NCBI GenBank assembly: GCA_951406725.2
Contig: OX597823.1
Location: 114,452,001-114,516,000, forward strand
Direction of reading: 5' to 3'
Length of the DNA stretch: 64,000 bases
From: Octopus vulgaris
Lineage: Eukaryota
Shown here piece after piece: positions 55,547 through 64,000 of this stretch. Position numbers and translations under genes: made by a program. The notes beneath the pieces are model-generated. The model searched no databases. It saw nothing but the letters and a program-made list of their open reading frames with translations, and was not told where the DNA came from. Position 1 is the stretch's first letter. The number at the start of each line of letters is the position of its first letter.

Positions 55547-56738
55547 CAACCGATAAGGGTGAGAAAATTGGGTACTAATTTAATAGCACATCCATTTACC
55601 ACCAAGTGGCTTAGTGCATAAAAAACCCGGATTACGACACATTTTATACATAAATATAAGAGAGTGACCACCATGTGGTCTACTCTAGCACTAAAAATAG
55701 ATCCGCAAGGTCTCAGCCACAAAAGAAATTGTTTCCGTTGAAAGTTAGCACTACTACCAGCGCAAATGAACAGTGCAAATAAACATAACAAAATGTAGAT
55801 TAGTTCGAGACAATTGTTTCGCTATTAATAAATTATGTGGTTTTACTTACATAAATATCAATAAAAAACGCGTCTTAAACAGTTGCAGTGGACTTCTGCC
55901 CATCTGTGCTGTTACTCAGTCTACACCACGCTTAGAACCTACTGTACGCTGGATGTACTTGCCGGAGTATGCCTGAATGTGATTTTTATGTATACGTGGG
56001 TATTAATATCGATGAATATAACGATCTGTCGATGCGCATACATATGTAAGTGACTATGGAAATGAGAATATGTATGTGACTGTCCACATCTATGGTAGAT
56101 ACACGGTTATGCTGCTCTCGACCCTAAATTGGTGTCCTTATTATTAAAATAATTTGATTTTAATGGATCCTGCTTATTTATATTTTGTATTAATTAATGT
56201 GAGTTTCGATGTAAATATCTGGTAAAATTCCTCTGCGAATTAGTCGCATTAATATCACCTTACTCGATAAGACTTAGCAGTATTAATTAGTTACCAATCG
56301 ATAAAATAGTTATTGTTTTTGCCTCTCATTGACCAGATAAGTTTACTTAGACTTGTATTATTTATTTATTCCTGTCTCTGAAGGAATTTGAATGATTGTC
56401 CAGTCTCTTTTTGAAAAAAAAAGTATTTCTTTGCATCCGACGAAAATGTGCATCTATAAACCAGCTTCTTAGTTTTACATTTTGAGTTCAATGGGTATAC
56501 TTTATCTCTAGCACAGTTGCATTGACCTGTTCGTCTATTTCTATTATTTATTGTGTTATTGACTTCAATTGAAATCTCTCCTATTCCTTTCTAAGGTCCA
56601 GTATTATTTCTGAATCCCCTATGGATATATGTTTTGGTGCTGCTCTTTCTAGCGATTCATTTTTCTATTTCTATGCCTGTGAAAGAAGTTGTTAGATAGA
56701 TAGATAGATATGAATAAAGATATATGTATGTATGTATG

Positions 56739-56802
<64 letters not shown>

Positions 56803-56839
56803 TGTATGTATATTTATTTACATATATATATATATATAA

Positions 56840-57251
56840 ACGGGCAAAACGCCCCCCGTCCAATGGACGCTGCTGAGTTGTCAAACATCTAAAGCAAACA
56901 TTTAAACCAAATTTTCTCAAAACAACTTGTCTGACCGTCCCAGAGGCCTCCCCTTTCTGTAGCACTGTTTTAACCTAAATTTGAGACACCAGCAAAAGAA
57001 GAAATAAAGATACACTTTTTTTCTATTCCAAAGAAAAACGATTTTATTCACACAAATATGCAACCGAAGAGTTTAAAGTACCAGTAATCGATCGCATTCT
57101 CACCTGGAATCGATTTTTGTACTTTTTTTTCAAGATTTATACACGCTCTGATACCGTCGGTATCTACATATCAAATTTGAGCGCAATCGGATGGAGGATA
57201 CCCGAGATCCTAGAAGACACACAGACAGACTGACAGAATGGAGTTTATATC

Positions 57252-57255
<4 letters not shown>
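56840..57255 (-). mobile_element. Second copy of the 47107 Helitron-like repeat
   Basis: Reverse-complement match to 47107-47460, with an extra ~50-bp segment. Confidence 0.75.
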
Positions 57256-57285
<30 letters not shown>

Positions 57286-57380
57286 ACGACGAGCTTCTCT
57301 CTACTAAATTCATCGCAAGACTTAAGCCGGCCCGACGCTATAGTAGAAGACAGTTGCACAAGGTGTCACGCAGTGGGACT

Positions 57381-57690
57381 GCACGTGTGGCTTAGTGGTT
57401 AGGGCATTCGTCTCACGATCGTAAGGTCATGAGTTCATTTCCCGCTGACGTGTTTTTTCCTTGAGCAAGACGCTTTATTTCACGTTGCTCCAGTCCACTC
57501 AGCTGGCAAAAATGAGTAGTACCTGTATTTCAAAAAAGGGCCAGCCTTGTCACACTCTGTGTCACGTTGAATCTCCCTTAGAACTACGTTAAGGTTACAC
57601 GTGTCTGTGGAGTGCTCAGCCACATGCAAGTTAATTTCCGTTGATCGTATCAGGTGGGACCCTCGCCGTCATTACCAACGGAGTGCTTCT
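57381..57690 (+). mobile_element. tRNA-derived SINE (head H2, tail T2), abutting a truncated family A fragment (57285-57380, minus)
   Basis: TGGCTTAGTGG A box and GAGTTCATTTCC B box. CCTTGAGCAAG..CCAGTCCACTCAGCTG body. Tail shared with 46077-46259. Confidence 0.85.
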
Positions 57691-58020
57691 TTTTATACAT
57701 GTATATATCATTTCATGGACTGGACGCCGGACTTAACTTTTCAATATTTAGTAAAAAAAAGTACTCAGATATCTGTCTACAAAGCACTTAGTGCATGTGT
57801 TCAAGTCCCTTGTTGACAAATTTCATCTGAGATTAGAAATTAATCCACAACAAAGCAAGAAAATCTAGTAAATGGGTTATTATCTAATTGACTGGTTCAA
57901 CAGAATCAATCAGGGAGAAAGACCCGTGACAAGAAACGAAATGAAATCCAATAGCAATCTCACCAATAAATCTACACCAACTGCACAGATGAAAAAAGTT
58001 ATTAAGTAGATGTATAAACG

Positions 58021-58178
58021 TAGGAGTGGCTGTGGGGGGAAGTAGCTTGCTAAAGAACCACATGGTTCCGGGTTCAGTCCCACTGCATGCACCTGGAGCA
58101 AGTGTCTTCTACTATAGCCTCGGGCAGGCAAAAGACTTGTGAGTGGATTTGGTAGACGGAAACTGAAAGAAGCGCTTC

Positions 58179-58215
<37 letters not shown>

Positions 58216-58300
58216 TGTATGTGTATATGTTTGTGTGTTTGTGCCACCCCCCAACATCGCTTGACAACCGATGCTGGTGTGTTTACGTTCCCGTAATTTA
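58021..58300 (+). mobile_element. SINE family A, 3'-truncated
   Basis: Colinear with 1430-1700. Confidence 0.88.
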
Positions 58301-60296
58301 GCCAGCCACATGCTCGGTGTTTTACTATGAATAACCATATAATACTTACCGAATCAGTTTCTAAAAAATTAACACCTTTAGATTCTAATGTAAACGTAAT
58401 TTAAAGACTCACTAAAAAGATGTTTTATAGTAACAGTAAGAAAGCAGATTCAGGTATTAAGGAAATGCATTTTGTAGTAGAGTGAAAAATATCTCTTTAT
58501 AACAGCAATGAAATACGTATGGTGAAAACCATATTTTAAGGTGATAGTTTAAAATGCATTTTATGCTGTGGTGTAAAATGTATTTCAATGTACCACTGTA
58601 GAACATATTTGAAGCTAGCACTGAGGAAGGGAATGTTGAAGAAGCAGTGAAAATCGCTGTAAAGAACATAACCTTTTTAATTACATCTGATTGAGAATGG
58701 AGTTTCAAACATATAACAAAAGCTTGTAACATAAAATTTGGCTGTTTCCCTAGTAACATAAATATTAGGTAAAGAATACGTCGTAGCTTGAGAATTTGAA
58801 GAATCGATATAAATTTTACTAATCCGAAAGCATAAATTATGGCTACCAAAGTGAGAAAATCTGCTACTGAAAATATGCAAGCATGCGAATCTACGTCAAC
58901 TTTGTGTGTGTCATAAAATATTAAATGTATAAGAAACGATGGAGAAAAATAGATGTGAAGACAGTCTGATGTTATTGTAATTCTAGAATAAATAGAATTG
59001 TTTCAACTATAATCTGGTTGACTAGGCAAACAGAAATATTGATTATGGCAACTACGTTAATAAAATACTATAAAGTCACCAATGAAATCTCCTCAGAATA
59101 CAAGAAAAAAGTTCTTGTAATAGAAATGTACGAGAAATACATCGAATAATTGAATATTGATACAGGATACTGAGCTCTCTGAAGAAATCTATGGTAAACA
59201 ATGTTAATAAAGTTAAATATATTCTCATTACTCGAACAAAATTTCCAAAATGGCATGAAATTATATGTGAATTGTATGACTAAATATGATTTGTTGCTAT
59301 ACAAGATGGCCAAATCCAATTTCGGTTCGAATTTGAACTTGTAATTATTGGTACAGAAGTTTGCGGTGCCAAATGTCTAAGAATACACTTTCAAATGTTG
59401 GAATTTTCTGGCAATAACACAAGAAATGGGTATTCTGCATTTACAGATTGTAAAGTGGCAGGATTTTTCTAAACCTCAGCATGGGAGCTGAGTAAGATTT
59501 TGTTGCATAGAATTTCAATGAAAGGGACTTTAGTACTTAGTTGCAGATCGGTTTATCTTTATTGGAAAGCTATAAATAGAAACGTAAAAACAGGCGTGTG
59601 GGGATGGAGGAGAGAGACACACACACACATACACACCGATTGTATTAGATGGCGTGAAAGAGGAAGTATGTGTACGTATATCTGTGAGCATTAAGCAGCA
59701 GCAAGAGGTAAGAATATTCCTGTGCGTGTATGAGAGAGAGAGAGAGAGTGTGTGTGTTAGTGTGTTTACATGTGTATGTGCGTGCGTGTTTATTCGAGGG
59801 TTTGTGTGTTCGCGAATAACAGTAACGATGTGTGAGTATAAGTGAGAAGCTAAGAGAAATAAATAGACAATTGAAGAAACGTGATAGGAATATGTACATA
59901 GGAATTAGTAGATATATTGGTTGGCAGAGAGAGTAGAGAATTGGATTATCTGTTGAACGAGATTTTTTTCCTTTACTTTATATCTGCTCTGGTTTAAACT
60001 ACACCAACGTCATTGAAAAGTGAGTGAAACTCAATCATTCAAACCACAGTTTAAAATATAATAACAAAATAAATATTAATAGCATAAGAAGCTTTTGGAA
60101 TCGATTATAAACTTGAAGTGTGTAAACATGGCTCTGTACCAGTTCTGATCAACTCTGTGAATCTATTGTGTGGTTAGGATAATACTAAAGATTCAGATAG
60201 TCAAAGATGTAATATTTTGGTCACGGCTCATATTGTTTACTCCGAGGAGATTTGAACCTAGAACTACAACCTAGAGAAAGAGTTGTCAGTTATATA

Positions 60297-60529
60297 TATT
60301 TCTTTACTACCTACACGGGGCTAAACATAGAGGGGATAAATAAGGACAGACAAAGAGATTAAGTCGATTACATCCACCCCATTGCGTAACTGGTACTTAA
60401 TTTATCGACCTCGAAAGAATGAAAAGGCAAAGTCGACCTCGGCGGAATTTGAACTCGGAACATAACGACAGACGAAATACGGCTACGCATTTCGCCCGGT
60501 GTGCTAACGTTTCTGCCAGCTCGCCGCCA
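60297..60529 (-). mobile_element. SINE family B monomer with 13-bp TSD
   Basis: TGTCAGTTATATA at 60284-60296 and 60530-60542. Confidence 0.92.
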
Positions 60530-60909
60530 TGTCAGTTATATAGTTGCGATACATATATGCACAGTGCACTTTTGCTTACCGAATCTAACTTCTTTCTGTG
60601 TTATCTTTAATGTACAATGATTCATTGGTCTCTGTAATGGAATCGACTTCAATATAAACACATCTCACAATGGAAGTGATAAAAGAAAGACCAGTATAAT
60701 TCATAAATTGGTTTTCTTTTATTCAAATATTTGATCTACACCCTTAAAATCTTCCCCGAGTTATAATAAATTAGGTATGTTTGTTTTATACTTTTTATAT
60801 TCTTTCCCCTTAATTTAGAATTCACTTCCTCCCAACTCGGACTTCTCTGCCCTGTTCCCCATTTTAACTCTTACTTGTAAACATCTATTGTATAAATATC
60901 ATATTATAT

Positions 60910-61323
60910 ATTTCTTCATTGCCCACAAGGGGCTAAACACAGAGGGGACAAACAAGGACAGAGAAACGGATTAAGTCGATTACATCGACCCCAGTGCGAA
61001 GCGGGTACTTTATTTATCGACCCCGAAAGGATGAAAGGCAAAGTTGACCTCGGCGGAATTTGAACTCAGAACGTAGAGACAGACGAAATACCTATTTCTT
61101 TAATACCCACAAGGGGCTACACACAGAGGGAACAAACAAGGACTGACAAACGATTAAGTCGATTATATCGATCCCAGTGCGTAACTGATACTTATTCAAT
61201 CGACCCCGAAAGGATGAAAGGCAAAGTCGACCTCGGCGGAATTTGAACTCACAACGTAGTAGCAGACGAAATACTGCTAGGCATTTCGCTCGGCGTGTTA
61301 CGTTTCTGCCAGCTCGCCGCCAC
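60910..61323 (-). mobile_element. SINE family B dimer with 16-bp TSD
   Basis: AAATATCATATTATAT at 60894-60909 and 61324-61339. Confidence 0.92.
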
Positions 61324-62114
61324 AAATATCATATTATATTAACAGAGAACTATTATATAAATAGTACGTTTTATGACTATTATATAGTATAGATAAGAAC
61401 CATTGGTTCAAATGCAATCATCTATCCATGCTTACAATTTTCCTCACTTGATTTACATTAATAGGATAAAAATTGATATTTAACAAACGTATTCTTTATA
61501 TACAAATACATTTGCTGATGAATCTCAGGAAATAACGTCGCACCAAAAGCCCTCTATTATACAATAGAGTCATTTCATTCAACTACTTTTTTCCTATGAG
61601 CAGCACAAAGCTATATATCTATCAATGTATTCATATTAGAAATTCCATAATGTCGGAAAACATGCAAGGCTCAATTTGTTGTGTACGTTTGATCGTTCAG
61701 TAACAAAATGGGAAGACATGTTTGGCCCAATATTAATCAAAATGTTATCAACAGAAGACAAAACACAAATTTCCCGACGCATGCGATACGCAATATATTT
61801 ATACTTGTAACATTTATAGTTTTAACACTCCGTTGGAGCGGGATATTAAAACACCGTTCGTGTAGTGGCGTATGATTTACCCCAGATATTTTATTTTATT
61901 TCTTATTAGTTTAACAATTATTTATCAAAAGTTTCTATACAATTTTCTTATCAAAAGTCATTTTAATCTTACACAAAGTCAATTTCATGTACGAAAATTT
62001 ACTAAGGCAGACAAACATAAAGAACAGACATTTTATTTAATAAACCATTTGGTGTTTATTACCGAGTCCTTGTCACTGCTTGCTTTCTCTCCTCGTCACT
62101 CATAACAGTGAACA

Positions 62115-62660
62115 GAAACCATGAATGAGTAACCCAAGCAGATGGGTTTCCAACACTTCAGAGAGTTATTCGATGTCTTTCGATTCTTTGATTTGGGGCA
62201 CAATGTGCAATTTTGTTGAGAACTTTTACAATGGCCTTTTGGAGGTAATTCCTTAAATGGCCCATCTGGTTAAAAGTGGTGGATCTTCCTTTTCAGGTCT
62301 CTTCTCAAACGTGGCTCAGTCTTTCGATGGCGATGGTCGTCCACTAACTTCATCCCAAACATTTTCTGAAAACTCTGGCACCTCATGGTTCACTGAAACT
62401 TTGCCATGCATATCATGAATGCATTTATTCCTGCAACACTGAGTGTGGTGTAAAAACTTGTAAGAGTCCAGCATCAAGTATTCCGGGAAACATTATAGGT
62501 TGAATATAACTGCTTAACAGTATCTACTCCTTCTTTAGCAGTGTTGTAGAAGGTATTGATTAGTGGTCTTTTTATTCTTTGGTGTCTAACTCAACTGCAG
62601 CTTCAGGATGCATTGTGATATACAATGCAACACACGTTTCTTGCACATATAAGAGGCGTC
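62115..62660 (-). mobile_element. piggyBac-family transposase fossil (C-terminal catalytic region and Cys-rich tail)
   Basis: Minus-strand translation ITMHPEAAVE..KRPLINTFYNTAKEGVDTVKQLYSTYNVSRNT*CWTLTSFYTTLSVAGINAFMI matches the piggyBac YNxxKxGVDxxDQ..W..N(A/S) motif. CTLCPKSKNRKT..KCWKPIC follows. It may extend further in both directions. Confidence 0.8.
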
Positions 62661-63529
62661 TCTGGAAGCCAGATAAACTTGTCTACTCTGTTCTACTTTT
62701 GATAGCGACAAACGCTGTCATCATAATTATGTATTACAAAAACAAGAGCAACGCAAATGTATATTATGTTGTGCATGCCACAAGTGAACCTTACGACACA
62801 CATATGAGATAATAAAGGAAATATATACCTTAGAAAAATTACCTATAAGAAAGGTAGGAAGGGTTTGCTACACCTTGAGATGCAATTACTATATATATAT
62901 AATCCCAACACAGACTGAGCAATCTGATGCATCGACTCAGTGGATATTGACAGGAAATCACATGGGAGGATGCTTGTTTCACTACTGCCACACGTAAGAT
63001 ATTTAGAAAGAAACCTCACCTGGGGTAAGCCACACCCCACTGTTCATTATTTATTTTAAAACAATTGTTTTTTACTGCCACTATCATTTGAGCTAATTTC
63101 TAGTACTGTGTACCGTGCGACCTATAGCTGTATTTCTCTCGATTGTCATTTAATCTTTGACTGATGGTATGTTTTACAAACAAACTGTAGTTTGATTTGT
63201 TTGTGACTCTTTGGCTGTTTAGTATTGGTTTATATATTTAATATACAATGCATGGTTTTCTAAAAGAATACGTCTATTTTGCGGTTTTCTCTGTGCGTAT
63301 TGATACAACATGCACCGCCATATTGTCAGTGATTTCCCTGCCACCAGTAGGGGGTGCTTATGCAATCCCACAAACGCAGACATCATAAAACCAGCAGAAT
63401 CTGCCATATATGAATGTGAATAAATTCTGTCAAGAGGATGGTTCAGATATGCGTTTTAAAAAGGAATATTGCTCAGATTGTAACGTAAAATGGTTTCTCA
63501 TTTAAGCACAAGGCCAGTAATTTTTAATG

Positions 63530-63625
63530 GAGAGGACGTCTGTGGATTACATCGACCTCAGTAATCCACTGGTACTTTATTCTTTAGACTCTGAAGGTAT
63601 GATTAGCAAAGTTGATCTCAACGAG
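63530..63625 (-). mobile_element. SINE family B, old fragment
   Basis: GATTACATCGACCTCAGT..CTGGTACTTTATT..GAAGGTATGATTAGCAAAGTTGATCTC. Confidence 0.65.
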
Positions 63626-64000
63626 ATGCGGTCTAAATATTCAAATGTATAATATGCTTGATAAGATATCAGATTTACATGAATAACCCACATGATGATA
63701 CAATATGTTTTTTAGGGGCACTATTCTAGAGACACCCTTAAATTAATTTGTACCCTGAGTCAAAACTTAATAAAAGGAATGTGAATGTCGCAATCAAATT
63801 AGTTACTTTAGAATGATGGTTACGGATCTAACGTTCTGCCCATTGAGTGAATGGAACATAAAAACACGCAACACTAATCAGGATAATCAATATATCTACT
63901 CAGAAATGGAATAGCCAGCTCAATCAGTCTAGGTTCCTTGTTTCGCTGTGAAGTGTATATATATCATACATTTTATAATGATTGAGACGTAGCAATTAGC

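Noticed and set aside
58350-58360. 11-nt micro-exon-like TTTTTAG|AAACTGATTCG|GTAAGT on the minus strand
   Set aside because: It is too short to distinguish from chance without transcript data.

Overview
AT-rich, microsatellite-dense eukaryotic DNA that is almost all intronic or intergenic. The repeat content points to an octopus/coleoid cephalopod genome (inference, not verified). Nearly all ORFs in the supplied track are microsatellite read-through artefacts. The window holds at least four tRNA-headed SINE families, several with clear target-site duplications; four R4/Dong-like non-LTR retrotransposon copies; a Penelope-like RT remnant; two mariner derivatives; a piggyBac transposase fossil; Helitron-like non-autonomous elements; and many fold-back hairpins beside (TA)n. 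No confident host gene is visible, only a few low-confidence candidate exons, mostly on the minus strand. The most notable signal is a set of type I hammerhead ribozyme motifs. One class sits in a tRNA-headed, (AAT)n-containing SINE-like element (3 copies, one split by a Dong-like LINE and head-to-head with another). A second class sits in inverted-repeat elements next to (TA)n arrays.
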